From Rhodospirillales bacterium (GTDB lineage Bacteria > Pseudomonadota > Alphaproteobacteria > Rhodospirillales > UBA2165): 64,000 nucleotides of DNA. The notes under the pieces are model-generated. The model was not told the DNA's origin and made no database searches. It saw only the letters and a program-made list of their open reading frames with translations. Below, in pieces: positions 1 through 9,531 of this stretch (the stretch's first letter is position 1; every line of letters starts with the position of its first letter). Where the stretch lies: contig JADHRD010000002.1 in the NCBI GenBank assembly GCA_016777585.1, positions 669-64,668 of the forward strand. Direction: 5' to 3'. The translations under genes were made by a program, and so were the position numbers.

Positions 1-319
1 AAGTTGCTTACTTAACTGGTAGATTTACTGCGGAAACCAAAAATAATTATAACACTTATATGACACTTAAAATAATATTATCCGTAAGTATCTGTTTTAT
101 ATAAAGAAAAATCCTACCCCTATCAATCAAAAACGACCATTTCTTATCGCAAGTCATTTATTCTAAGTACTTCCTATTATACAAAAATCTTACACACGAA
201 AGTCAGTTTTGACGACTCATACAACCGTTGATTTATTTCAAAGAATAGTGGTTTATCCTAGAAAACTCAAACAGGGTACAATTTGATAGTTTGTATCCTA
301 GGAGTGATAGGGGGCACCA

Positions 320-511
320 ATGTCAAACTACGATGGAGAAGCAACGGTATTAGAATATAACTCTTTGCATAAACCCATTAAAAAACAATACGAAGATGTT
401 ATGTTATATGAAAAGGCTCTCGTGCTATTAAAACCGGGTGACCAAGTATGTTTACGCGGTAAAAAAATATCAGATGATAAAAGCCACAATATAAAAGTTT
501 TTTTGGGATAG
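320..511 (+). CDS. hypothetical small protein (63 aa)
   Basis: ORF track only. G-run 310..314 lies 5 nt before the ATG. No family recognised. Confidence 0.3.
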   Translation: MSNYDGEATVLEYNSLHKPIKKQYEDVMLYEKALVLLKPGDQVCLRGKKISDDKSHNIKVFLG

Positions 512-705
512 AATTAAGAATAAGTCCCTTAAATAATAAATACGTTTTATATTCGTTTTATTTTAATTAAAGAGTTAAATTCTTAAATATGCTTGTATAC
601 CTCTATCTTTTATTACCTTTACGCATAAAACCATTATGGTTACATTAATAATTATAAATTAAGGGTTTTAAAAATTCTAATTAATTTGAAAAATTAAGGA
701 ATGAG

Positions 706-2061
706 ATGTCTGTAAACACAAATGATGTAACAAGTCTTGAGAATCTTCTTATAGAGAACTTGCATTCTTATCGTGATATTATTTGTCCAAATAGCCCCGA
801 TGTTTACGAAGAAATCCTTGATGGTGCTGTTCGAACTGCACTTACAATCATTAGTAGAACTGACGCCTTATATCATGATGTTGAACATACATGTTTAGTT
901 ACACTTTGTGGGCAAGATATTTATCTCGGAAGAGAGCTCCGCCGAGGGGATCTATCTCATAGCGATTGGCTACACTTCACTATAGCATGCCTATTCCATG
1001 ATATTGGATATGTAAGAGGACTCTTAGATGATGATGATGATGAGGATGGACAACGCATTGATTCTGATGGAAATAAAATTCAATTGCCGGCGCAATCCAC
1101 TGATGCTGCTCTAACTCCCTATCATGTTTACAGAGGTCAAGAGTTTGTTATAAGTAGAAATTGGCATCCTGATATAGACGTCACGTATCTCGCGAGTTTA
1201 ATTAGTCAAACCGAATTTCCGGTGCCAGCAAATCGAAATATTGACAGTGCTAATGATAAAAACTTTAGGGAGCTAGCTCAATTAATACAATCGGCTGACC
1301 TAGTTGGACAACTTGCAGACCCTAACTACATGAAAAAGATTCCAGCATTATACTATGAATTCTATGAGACAGGAGCTGCAACCCGACTTGGTTACTCTAG
1401 TGCTTACGATTTGGCAGCGGGTTACCCCACATTCTTTTATAATTTTGTATTTTCGCACGTGGAACACGCACTTGACTACTTAAATGATACAGATAATGGG
1501 AAAAAGTGGACCTCTCACCTTTATTCGAATGTGTTCAGCCAAGAAAATTCGGCCATCTTAAACAGCGGTGGGATAACCCTCCTCTCAGAGATACCTGATA
1601 TTCTTGAAGATTATGATATTGAAAAAAGCTTAAAAATTATTTTAAAGAAGGTTTGTGAATACCAAAATTGGCCAGTCGGGCATATATACGAATTAAACGA
1701 GGATGGCGACGAATTACTGCCGACTAAAATTTGGTATTTTAAAAATAAAAACCAAAAGACTGCGGCATTCGAGAAAATTACAATGAATACAACTTTCAAA
1801 AAAGGAAAAGGCCTACCTGGCCGGGTTTGGAAAGATAGCAAACCCCATTGGATTGAAAATGTAACTGCCGATCCCAATTTTCCTCGATCAAAGCATGCTA
1901 AAGATGTTGACGTTGCATGTGGTTTAGCATTCCCGGTATTTACCTCTGAACATATTAAATACGTATTTGAAATTTTCTCATTGGAGCCTGAGGCTCCTGA
2001 TAAGCAAGCGTTAGCCATCATGGGACAGGTAGGATTTGATATTTCGATGGAATTCAAATAA
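706..2061 (+). CDS. HD-domain metal-dependent phosphohydrolase with C-terminal GAF domain
   Basis: N-terminal HD signature (YHDVEHT ... ACLFHDIGY). C-terminal GAF-like block (GKGLPGRVWKDSKPHWIENVTADPNFPRSKHAKDVDVACGLAFPVF). Confidence 0.75.
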   Translation: MSVNTNDVTSLENLLIENLHSYRDIICPNSPDVYEEILDGAVRTALTIISRTDALYHDVEHTCLVTLCGQDIYLGRELRRGDLSHSDWLHFTIACLFHDIGYVRGLLDDDDDEDGQRIDSDGNKIQLPAQSTDAALTPYHVYRGQEFVISRNWHPDIDVTYLASLISQTEFPVPANRNIDSANDKNFRELAQLIQSADLVGQLADPNYMKKIPALYYEFYETGAATRLGYSSAYDLAAGYPTFFYNFVFSHVEHALDYLNDTDNGKKWTSHLYSNVFSQENSAILNSGGITLLSEIPDILEDYDIEKSLKIILKKVCEYQNWPVGHIYELNEDGDELLPTKIWYFKNKNQKTAAFEKITMNTTFKKGKGLPGRVWKDSKPHWIENVTADPNFPRSKHAKDVDVACGLAFPVFTSEHIKYVFEIFSLEPEAPDKQALAIMGQVGFDISMEFK

Positions 2062-2883
2062 GTGATAGATTTTAGAAGCCTACAAATAGAGCATTTTTGC
2101 GAGCAGTTGGCGCACCATCACCAACGAATCTATGGTGAATCAGAAGTTGAACTATTACAGAATACTCTAAATATATCTCGTATGGCACTCGCAAAAATGT
2201 CCGTAAGTAATAGTTTATTTTTAAATGTAAATCATACAAAACGAGCTGGAATAATTGCATTAGAACTATTAGACGGCGTTTTACACGATACTGGTTTTGT
2301 TGATCCACGTTTATTTTTTAATCTCATAGTAGCTACATTAATATCTCATGTTGGAATAGTAGGGGGAATTCTCGAAGAAGATGAGGTTAATCCAAATAAA
2401 CCCACAGAGAGGTACTACGTAGGAAAAGGTAAATACCAAACGTTTGACGCTCCGTCCTCTGGGTCTGTTCTCTGGCCTTATTATAAAGAAAGGAGTCTTC
2501 TATTCGTTGATAAAAACTTCAGATCATTAAAAAACTTTAACGCGGAAGATGTAAAGTTAGCAATAAAATCATCAGATATCGCAGTTAAAGAAATATCCAA
2601 AGATAAAACAGACTTGTGTCGTTTAGTAAGAGCTGCACATATATTCGCATACATGACACAATCTCAATATAATCAATGGTTGGTTCGTTTATACCGGTCT
2701 CTTGAGGAGGCGGACCTAATTGAAAACCTCGGTTTTAATGATCTTGGTGAATTTAGAACCAATTATAAAAGCTATTTCTGGGATAATTTCTTACCAGATC
2801 TTACATATGCAATAAGGCTTTTAGGCGGAACGGGTGCTGGTAAAGCGTTAGTTGCTATTGTTTACTCTAGAATGTCAGTATAG
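2062..2883 (+). CDS. HD-like paralog with degenerate metal-binding motif, no GAF domain
   Basis: GTG start directly after the upstream TAA. Aligns to the upstream protein (SLFLNVNHT vs ALYHDVEHT; ATLISHVGIVGGILEEDE vs ACLFHDIGYVRGLLDDDD). The HD Asp is replaced (HV). Confidence 0.6.
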   Translation: MIDFRSLQIEHFCEQLAHHHQRIYGESEVELLQNTLNISRMALAKMSVSNSLFLNVNHTKRAGIIALELLDGVLHDTGFVDPRLFFNLIVATLISHVGIVGGILEEDEVNPNKPTERYYVGKGKYQTFDAPSSGSVLWPYYKERSLLFVDKNFRSLKNFNAEDVKLAIKSSDIAVKEISKDKTDLCRLVRAAHIFAYMTQSQYNQWLVRLYRSLEEADLIENLGFNDLGEFRTNYKSYFWDNFLPDLTYAIRLLGGTGAGKALVAIVYSRMSV

Positions 2884-2907
2884 CCGATATATTTTAAGTA
2901 ATTAAAT

Positions 2908-4560
2908 TTAGTTTTTAATATAATCACCCCAAACCTTAAGTAACGCACTTTCAAATCCCCTGGTATATTTTGCTCCATCAAAAATACTTAACTGGGCTTG
3001 TTGTCTTAGTGTTCGCCTAATTTTATCTAATTCTGCCAAATTTGAGCTCAAACTAATTGCTAGGCTAATATAGTCGCTCCGAGAATTAACAATCCAATTG
3101 CTTAAGCCAACTTGTTTCATTAGAGAGCCACATAATCGTCCCATAAAAGATGCGCCCAGCATTGTTAGAATAGGGACCCCCATCCATAAAGATTCATAAC
3201 TAACCGTGCCGCCACCAAACGGGAAGGGATCTAATGAAATATCAATTTTATTATAAACGTCCAAATACTCAAATGGGTTCAATGTAAACCCTTCGAGACT
3301 TAGGCGGTCATTTTCAATTCCAACCTCATGGAATGAAAATAAAATTTGCTGTTTTTGTAAATCGTTTTCCAAGGAACGATGTTTTAATAGTAGTTTTGAA
3401 TTTGGAATAGCATTAAGAAGCTCGGACCAAGTTTCTATAACCTCGTTATTTATTTTAGCGATATTATTGCACGATCCAAACGTAATAAAATTATTTTTTA
3501 ATGCTGGTAGCTTAGAAACATTGGGAGAATTTTCTATGGTCTGATACGTATTTACCTGAGATAAGTGAATTAATTTCTCGGTATATAAATTTGTATTAGT
3601 TTCTTTCGGGGAGATTGTGGAGTCCGTGATAAGAAAATCTGCCGCTTTTAAGCCAGTTGTTGAGACCAAATTAGTGCTCGCAACTTGAATCGGGGCTGGT
3701 CTATGCGCAAGTATTTGTCGATAACGTGATTTAAATGTACAAGGATGGACTAAAATATTAATTTTATCCTCACGCATCCTCTCTGCAATTTTTTTAATAG
3801 ATAAGTTTTTAGTATTTAACCAGAATGTAAATTGATTGGTAAATTCCTTATTTTCTTTTGAGTCATTTATTTGATGCCCATAACCTAAAATCTCGAATTT
3901 CGTTCGATTATGATTAAGTAAAAGAGGCCGAATAAACCTCGGGGTTACATGGCTATCCATTTCAGGTAAATAATAAGCAATTTTAAGGACGCGATTTAGA
4001 CTCTTATTTATGAAGAAATTTTTAGACCCTTTAATCTTTTGTTCTAACTGCTGGCCCCATTTCCTATTTTCAAGAAAAATAGTTTCTGGATTACTTCCAA
4101 CTGAGAAGTTTAGAGCAAATAAATAATTCGACCAAATTGATTGATTGTCTGACTTAATACTAAGAGCCTTTTTATAATTAATTACTGCTCCTTCAGAGTC
4201 CCCCTCAGCAAAAAGTATGTTACCCAAATTATAATACGCTTTATATGCATTTTGGTCTAAAGTAATCGCAATTAAAGCATGCCGTTTGGCATTCACTAGA
4301 TTTAAAACAGCTATATAGCAAGATGTCAGATTAATATGATAGTCTGGAATACCTGGACTGAGTTTAATTGCCTTTTCTATAAGAGCGATCGCCAACTCAT
4401 ACTTATGATCTGAGTATTCAATCATACCTATCAAGTGTATTGCATCTGAATTTCTTGGATCTATCTTTAATATCTTATCATAAAGATACCTAGCTCGTTG
4501 TAACTTGCCATTGCGTTGGTGAACCAGCGCCACCTCGATAATGTTTTCTATATCTGTCAT
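2908..4560 (-). CDS. TPR-repeat protein fused to GT41 (SPINDLY/OGT-like) glycosyltransferase domain
   Basis: N-terminal TPR repeats (AIHLIGMIEYSDHKYELAIALIEKAIKLSP, YYNLGNILFAEGDSEGAVINYKKALSI). C-terminal DISLDPFPFGGGTVSYESLWMGVPILT, typical of bacterial OGT-like proteins. Confidence 0.8.
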   Translation of the reverse strand: MTDIENIIEVALVHQRNGKLQRARYLYDKILKIDPRNSDAIHLIGMIEYSDHKYELAIALIEKAIKLSPGIPDYHINLTSCYIAVLNLVNAKRHALIAITLDQNAYKAYYNLGNILFAEGDSEGAVINYKKALSIKSDNQSIWSNYLFALNFSVGSNPETIFLENRKWGQQLEQKIKGSKNFFINKSLNRVLKIAYYLPEMDSHVTPRFIRPLLLNHNRTKFEILGYGHQINDSKENKEFTNQFTFWLNTKNLSIKKIAERMREDKINILVHPCTFKSRYRQILAHRPAPIQVASTNLVSTTGLKAADFLITDSTISPKETNTNLYTEKLIHLSQVNTYQTIENSPNVSKLPALKNNFITFGSCNNIAKINNEVIETWSELLNAIPNSKLLLKHRSLENDLQKQQILFSFHEVGIENDRLSLEGFTLNPFEYLDVYNKIDISLDPFPFGGGTVSYESLWMGVPILTMLGASFMGRLCGSLMKQVGLSNWIVNSRSDYISLAISLSSNLAELDKIRRTLRQQAQLSIFDGAKYTRGFESALLKVWGDYIKN

Positions 4561-4715
4561 TTGGACTCAATAAGGTAGATAATAAAATAAAAAAAATTCT
4601 GTATTCTTTATCGCTAATACGCGTTTAAAGCGGTATAAATGAATTATATACATATGAAATTAAACTGTTTTAAACCTAGTCGCAAGATTACCAATTTTAT
4701 GGGATAACTGTTTCT

Positions 4716-5459
4716 ATGGCTATTTGGGGAAAAATACTAGGTGGTGTCGCTGGTTTCGCTGCAGGTGGACCCTTAGGGGCTATTGCAGGCGCTACTCTCG
4801 GACATGCAATCGATAGTAAAAAATGGACCGGAAATATATCTGAAAATATTGGTGGAAATTCATTAAAATCTCGTCAAACAGCGTTTACTGTGGCTGTAGT
4901 AGTATTATCTGCAAAGATGGCCAAAGCTGATGGTCATGTTACTCGCGATGAAATCAGTGCTTTTAAAGATTTATTTGACATACCAGAAAATGAAATGGTC
5001 GACGTAGGTAGGTTATTTAATGAGGCGAGGAAAGATTCAGCAGGCTTTGAACCATATGCTCGCCAGATCGGTTCAATGTTTAAAAATGATCAAAATGTTA
5101 AAGAGAGTTTGCTTGCAAGTTTATTCCAAATTGCGTTAGCTGACGGTATTATTCACCGAGATGAAGATAAATTTCTTCTCGAAGTTGCAAACTGCTTTGG
5201 TCTAAGTGATAAAGATTTTAATCGAATAAGGTCTTCGTTTATAACATCAAGTAAAACAGATCCATACGAGTTATTAGGCGTAAATCGAAAGATGTCGGAT
5301 AGTGATATTAAAAAAATATACCGTGACCTAATTCGCAAAAATCATCCAGATCTTTTGATAGCTCAGGGAATGCCTCAAGAATTTATTGATACTGCAAATA
5401 AGAAGATGGCAAGTATTAATGCGGCCTATGATTTAATATCTAAAGAACGTTCTATTTAA
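4716..5459 (+). CDS. djlA: co-chaperone DjlA (N-terminal TM, TerB-like domain, C-terminal J domain)
   Basis: Gly-rich hydrophobic N-terminus. C-terminal J domain DPYELLGVNRKMSDSDIKKIYRDLIRKNHPDL. Confidence 0.8.
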   Translation: MAIWGKILGGVAGFAAGGPLGAIAGATLGHAIDSKKWTGNISENIGGNSLKSRQTAFTVAVVVLSAKMAKADGHVTRDEISAFKDLFDIPENEMVDVGRLFNEARKDSAGFEPYARQIGSMFKNDQNVKESLLASLFQIALADGIIHRDEDKFLLEVANCFGLSDKDFNRIRSSFITSSKTDPYELLGVNRKMSDSDIKKIYRDLIRKNHPDLLIAQGMPQEFIDTANKKMASINAAYDLISKERSI

Positions 5460-5471
5460 TTTAATGGCCTA

Positions 5472-6149
5472 ATGCTAAAGTATTTATCACCAAATTTTAA
5501 TGACCGGCCCGATGGAATAGCAATTGATACATTAGTGTTCCATTATACAGGAATGATGTCAGCTAACGAAGCATTAAAGAGAATGTGCTCCCCTCAAGCA
5601 AAGGTTAGTGCTCATTATATGATAGATGAACACGGACAAATTTTTCAATTAGTTCCTGAGGAAAAAAGAGCTTGGCACGCAGGGTTAGCCTATTGGAGGG
5701 GCAAGATAAACATTAATGATCGCTCAATTGGAATTGAATTAGAAAACCCTGGTCATGATATCAATTATAAACCTTTTCCAGAAAAGCAAATATTGTCACT
5801 CATAAAATTGGCCAAAGAAATAATTCAAAGATACCACATACCAGCTAGAAATATCCTGGGGCATTCGGATATCGCGCCCACACGAAAAAAGGACCCTGGC
5901 GAACTTTTTAATTGGTCTCTACTAGCATCAAATGGAATAGGACTATGGCCAGAAACCGATTTTATGAACAATAATGACGCTGGTAACCTGTCAGATTTTG
6001 AGAGCAACCTTAGGCTTTATGGTTATGACACATCTAATTTAGTGGCATCAACTCTTGCATTTCAAAGGCACTTCCTGCCAAACGCTTGTTCAGGAAGAAT
6101 TGATATACAAACTTTTTTAATTCTAAAAAAACTCATAGAGCTACTATAA
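5472..6149 (+). CDS. N-acetylmuramoyl-L-alanine amidase, AmpD-like (Amidase_2)
   Basis: Motifs VFHYTG, SAHYMIDEHGQIFQLVPEEKRAWHAG, IGIELEN, GHSDIAPTRKKDPG. Confidence 0.8.
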   Translation: MLKYLSPNFNDRPDGIAIDTLVFHYTGMMSANEALKRMCSPQAKVSAHYMIDEHGQIFQLVPEEKRAWHAGLAYWRGKININDRSIGIELENPGHDINYKPFPEKQILSLIKLAKEIIQRYHIPARNILGHSDIAPTRKKDPGELFNWSLLASNGIGLWPETDFMNNNDAGNLSDFESNLRLYGYDTSNLVASTLAFQRHFLPNACSGRIDIQTFLILKKLIELL

Positions 6150-6161
6150 AGTTTGGGAGTA

Positions 6162-6191
6162 AGATAATCTGACTATTTAGCCAGACTATCT
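6162..6191. terminator. hairpin between convergent genes (possible bidirectional terminator)
   Basis: agataatctgac / tattta / gccagactatct, with 10 of 12 positions paired. It sits between the stops at 6149 (+) and 6199 (-). Confidence 0.35.
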
Positions 6192-6198
6192 ACTCTTA

Positions 6199-6384
6199 TT
6201 ATGCTGCAACCATAGTTTGTGGCCTAATGTAACGCGCTCGCTTTTTTGCCTTTTCTTCTAAATATTTAACATGCGACGATGCTGTGCTCTTACATTTATG
6301 CATGCTCTCTAGCTCAAAACTCTCACCCACATTAAACACCATCCAATCGCCGCTTATTTTATCATGACGTATTGCGTAGTTCAT
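6199..6384 (-). CDS. hypothetical small basic protein (61 aa)
   Basis: The internal ATG at 6384 is preceded by a perfect SD (AAGGAG, plus-strand ctcctt 6391..6396). The track start at 6408 lacks one. No family recognised. Confidence 0.4.
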   Translation of the reverse strand: MNYAIRHDKISGDWMVFNVGESFELESMHKCKSTASSHVKYLEEKAKKRARYIRPQTMVAA

Positions 6385-6509
6385 TTTTATCTCCTTAGTG
6401 TTTATCATTTAATTAAGTCATAAAGATATTACCAATTAATGAATCCCTTAATTTCTATTTTCGCAATAAAATTAATTGGCATTTTTTCTAAATAGTTTAT
6501 AAATATTCG

Positions 6510-6898
6510 TGCCAGACAGTTGGATGATCGCTATCTTGGGTTATAGGAGGTAGAGGAAAGTCCGGGCTCCACGGAAACACGGTGCCGGGTAATACCCGGC
6601 GGGGGTAACTCCAGGGAAAGTGCCACAGAAAGCAAACCGCCCATATTGGGTAAGGGTGAAAGGGTGTGGTAAGAGCACACCGCGCTAACGGTAACGTTGG
6701 CGGCAGGGTAAACCCCACCGGGAGCAAGACCAAATAGGAATGGCTCGTTTTCAAAGTGATTTGAAAATACTTGTGTTTTCGCACTGCTATTCGGGTCGGT
6801 CGCTTGAGACGCTCGGTAACGTTCGTCCTAGATGAATGATCATCATTCTTTGCTACTAACGCAGAGATTACAGAACCCGGCTTATAGACTGTCTGGCA
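6510..6898 (+). ncRNA. rnpB: RNase P RNA, bacterial type A
   Basis: Conserved blocks GAGGAAAGTCCGGGCTCC, AGAAAGCAAACCGCC, GGTAAGGGTGAAAGGGTG, CTAGATGAATGA, ACAGAACCCGGCTTAT. The P1 helix is gccagacagt (6511..6520) paired with actgtctggc (6888..6897). Confidence 0.93.
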
Positions 6899-6998
6899 TA
6901 AAAATTTCTAAAAAATATTACTCGCGAAGGCCTAAAAAATTACAGAATAAGTTCTAAACAAGAAATCTTATTTCCAACCGAGTCTATGTTAAGTTACC

Positions 6999-8204
6999 TT
7001 ATATAATATTATCATTTCTAAGTTGATCAATTTCACTTTTAGACACATTTGCATACTTTAATAAAATCTCATCAGTATTTTCACCCAGTGTAGGTGGAGG
7101 AGATTTGATCGATTCCGGAGTATCAGAAAACCTAAATGGTATACCGAGCATTTTAATGATGCCTGCTAGAGGGTGATTAATTTCTACAACCATATTATTT
7201 GCTTTTGTCTGATCACTATCAAGTGCTTGAGAAACAGACATTACCATACTACAAGGTACATTAAGGTTAGATAATTTTTTTATCCACGCCTCTGCGCTGT
7301 CTTGCGACAAAGCCTCGGTTATTAGGTCCTCCAAGGTCTCTCTATTTTTTACTCTTTCTGGATTTGTATTAAACCTTATGTCATTTTCCCACTCTGGGTG
7401 ACCAACGCATTCTGAAAATTTATAAAACTGGGCATCATTTCCCACGGCTATCGCAATTTCTCCACTTTTACAATTAAAGTCACTATAGGGCACAATATTA
7501 GGATGACCATTTCCAAAGCGACTACCTTCCTTTGACCCAACCAAATAATTTGAGGCGACGTTTACCAATAATGATAAACCCGTATCAAAAAGAGAGGTCT
7601 TTATGCGCTGACCTCTTCCTGTATTATTCCGTGCATTAATTGCGGCAAGAATAGTCATCGCAGAATACAACCCTGTGCAAACGTCTACAATTGCGACGCC
7701 GAGTTTAGTTGGGCCGCCATTAATATCTCCTGTAATTGACATTAGACCACTCTCAGCTTGTAATAAAAAATCATAGCCAGGCATTCCGCCCTTGGGGCCC
7801 CGCTCACCATACCCAGTGATGCTGCAATGTATTAGCTGTGGAGCATTTTTATCACGCCAGTCATCAGTGATCCCCCAGCGATCAAGAGTGCCAACTTTAA
7901 AGTTTTCAATAACAATGTCTGCATTTTTGAGTAGTTCTTTTAGAATTTCTTGACCTCTTAGATTTCCTAAATCCAGAGTAACACTCGACTTGTTACGATT
8001 GATTCCAAGAAAGTATGCAGCTTCTCCCTCAACAAAAGGAGGGCCCCAGCGCCGGGTATCATCCCCTGATCCTTGACGCTCGACTTTGATTATTTCTGCA
8101 CCCATATCCCCAAGGTTCATAGTGCAAAATGGGCCTGCCAAAATTCTTGTTAAATCAATAACCCTTAACCCAGAGAGGGGGCCTTCATTATTAGATGAAG
8201 TCAT
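6999..8204 (-). CDS. family III CoA-transferase (CaiB/BaiF type)
   Basis: LSGLRVIDLTRILAGPFCTMNLGDMGAEIIKVE plus GNGHPNIVPY, typical of CaiB/formyl-CoA transferase family proteins. Confidence 0.85.
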   Translation of the reverse strand: MTSSNNEGPLSGLRVIDLTRILAGPFCTMNLGDMGAEIIKVERQGSGDDTRRWGPPFVEGEAAYFLGINRNKSSVTLDLGNLRGQEILKELLKNADIVIENFKVGTLDRWGITDDWRDKNAPQLIHCSITGYGERGPKGGMPGYDFLLQAESGLMSITGDINGGPTKLGVAIVDVCTGLYSAMTILAAINARNNTGRGQRIKTSLFDTGLSLLVNVASNYLVGSKEGSRFGNGHPNIVPYSDFNCKSGEIAIAVGNDAQFYKFSECVGHPEWENDIRFNTNPERVKNRETLEDLITEALSQDSAEAWIKKLSNLNVPCSMVMSVSQALDSDQTKANNMVVEINHPLAGIIKMLGIPFRFSDTPESIKSPPPTLGENTDEILLKYANVSKSEIDQLRNDNII

Positions 8205-9074
8205 TTAAAATTTTGACTGATCTTGGTTCAAGTCATTATCTAAATCATTTAAATACTGATCAACCTTAATTTTACGATCTAACCTAAATTTATGAAAATC
8301 TGGCTTTCTTTTCTCTAAGAACGCATTCATTCCCTCAAGAGATTCATCTGATCCCCATATCTCTGCCAATAACTCCATGCCTTGTTGCCAAGATGCATAA
8401 AGTTCGTCTGATTCAAAATTTAGAGACTTCTTTGTTGCACGAAGCGTTTGCCCAGAATAACCCTTCATTTGTTGACACCACTCCTCAGTCTCGCGCCTTA
8501 AATCTGCCTTTGGCACAACTTTGTTAATTAGACCAATTTTAACAGCCTCTTCTGCAGGAAAAGTTCGGCATAAAAAGATCATCTCTTTTGCCAAACGATC
8601 ACCTATTAATCTTGGAATATACTGTGTAGCTCCGACGGTTGGACAAGCGCCCACTTTTGCACCGGTCTGACCAAACACTCCATCATCAGCAGAAATTACT
8701 AAATCACACCAAAGTGCTAACTCGTGACCACCGCCCATGCAATGTCCGTGTACCATCGCAATAACTGGCACGGTTGCACCTCGAATTGCCATTGCTAGTC
8801 CAAGCATCCTATCATTCCAGTGCATTGCATTAGCGCGATTTAATTTCATCATTGCCTGAAAATCTCCGCCAGCAGAAAAAGCTCTGTCTCCTGAACCCGT
8901 GATGACCGCAGCAACGATAGATGCATCCTCTCGAATAGACTTAACTGCCTCAATTAGCTCATCAAGGGTTTGCTCACGAAAAGCATTCAAGACTTGTGGA
9001 CGATTAATAGTAATCCAAGCCACATCATCTTTAAGTTCAAATAAAATTTCATTGTATTTACGCTCTTTAATCAC
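8205..9074 (-). CDS. enoyl-CoA hydratase/isomerase (crotonase) family protein
   Basis: ITINRPQVLNAF, FSAGGDF, GHCMGGGHELALWCDL. It abuts the CoA-transferase start with no gap. Confidence 0.85.
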   Translation of the reverse strand: MIKERKYNEILFELKDDVAWITINRPQVLNAFREQTLDELIEAVKSIREDASIVAAVITGSGDRAFSAGGDFQAMMKLNRANAMHWNDRMLGLAMAIRGATVPVIAMVHGHCMGGGHELALWCDLVISADDGVFGQTGAKVGACPTVGATQYIPRLIGDRLAKEMIFLCRTFPAEEAVKIGLINKVVPKADLRRETEEWCQQMKGYSGQTLRATKKSLNFESDELYASWQQGMELLAEIWGSDESLEGMNAFLEKRKPDFHKFRLDRKIKVDQYLNDLDNDLNQDQSKF

Positions 9075-9085
9075 AATATAGCTCC

Positions 9086-9517
9086 TTAATTATCAGTTTG
9101 TTCAATTTCTATAAGAGTTCCTAATGCATCTTTTGGATGCATAAAAAAAATGTCTCTCCCATGGTGACCCTTTGTAACCTTTTCGGCTGCTAGGATTCTA
9201 ATATCGTCTTCCAATAATTTACTTTTTGCTGTTTGAGCATCATTAGTCGTAAGGCAAATATGGTGTAATCCACCAGTGGGATTCTTATCTAAAAATTTTT
9301 GAATTGGTGATGAAGTGTTTGTAGGTTCCATAAGTTCAATTTTAATATTATTAAAAAAAATATATACCATCCTTATACCTTGGGCTGGTACATCAATTGT
9401 CTCACTGGCTTCGCAGCCGAACGTTTTAGAATAAAATAATTGTGCTTCTTTAAGATTTGGAACAGCTATAGAGATGTGTCCAACATCTGAAATAGATAAA
9501 GGCAATTTATTAGTCAC
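9086..9517 (-). CDS. mce: methylmalonyl-CoA epimerase (VOC/glyoxalase fold)
   Basis: HISIAVPNLKEA, IELMEP, GGLHHICL, GHHGRDIFFMHPKDALGTLIEIEQ match the epimerase pattern. Confidence 0.75.
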   Translation of the reverse strand: MTNKLPLSISDVGHISIAVPNLKEAQLFYSKTFGCEASETIDVPAQGIRMVYIFFNNIKIELMEPTNTSSPIQKFLDKNPTGGLHHICLTTNDAQTAKSKLLEDDIRILAAEKVTKGHHGRDIFFMHPKDALGTLIEIEQTDN

Positions 9518-9531
9518 ATTAGGCCTATTCG

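Noticed and set aside
1611-2057. Antisense or overlapping track ORFs inside well-supported genes (for example 1611..2057, 9836..10174, 26210..26629, 27668..28105, 61876..62364, 62809..63210)
   Set aside because: Each lies within a longer ORF that has clear family motifs on the other strand or frame. Their low-complexity translations have no recognisable domains.
6497-6784. 95-aa minus-strand ORF from the track
   Set aside because: It lies entirely inside the RNase P RNA gene on the opposite strand. Its Pro/Trp-rich translation is an artefact of the GC-rich structured RNA.
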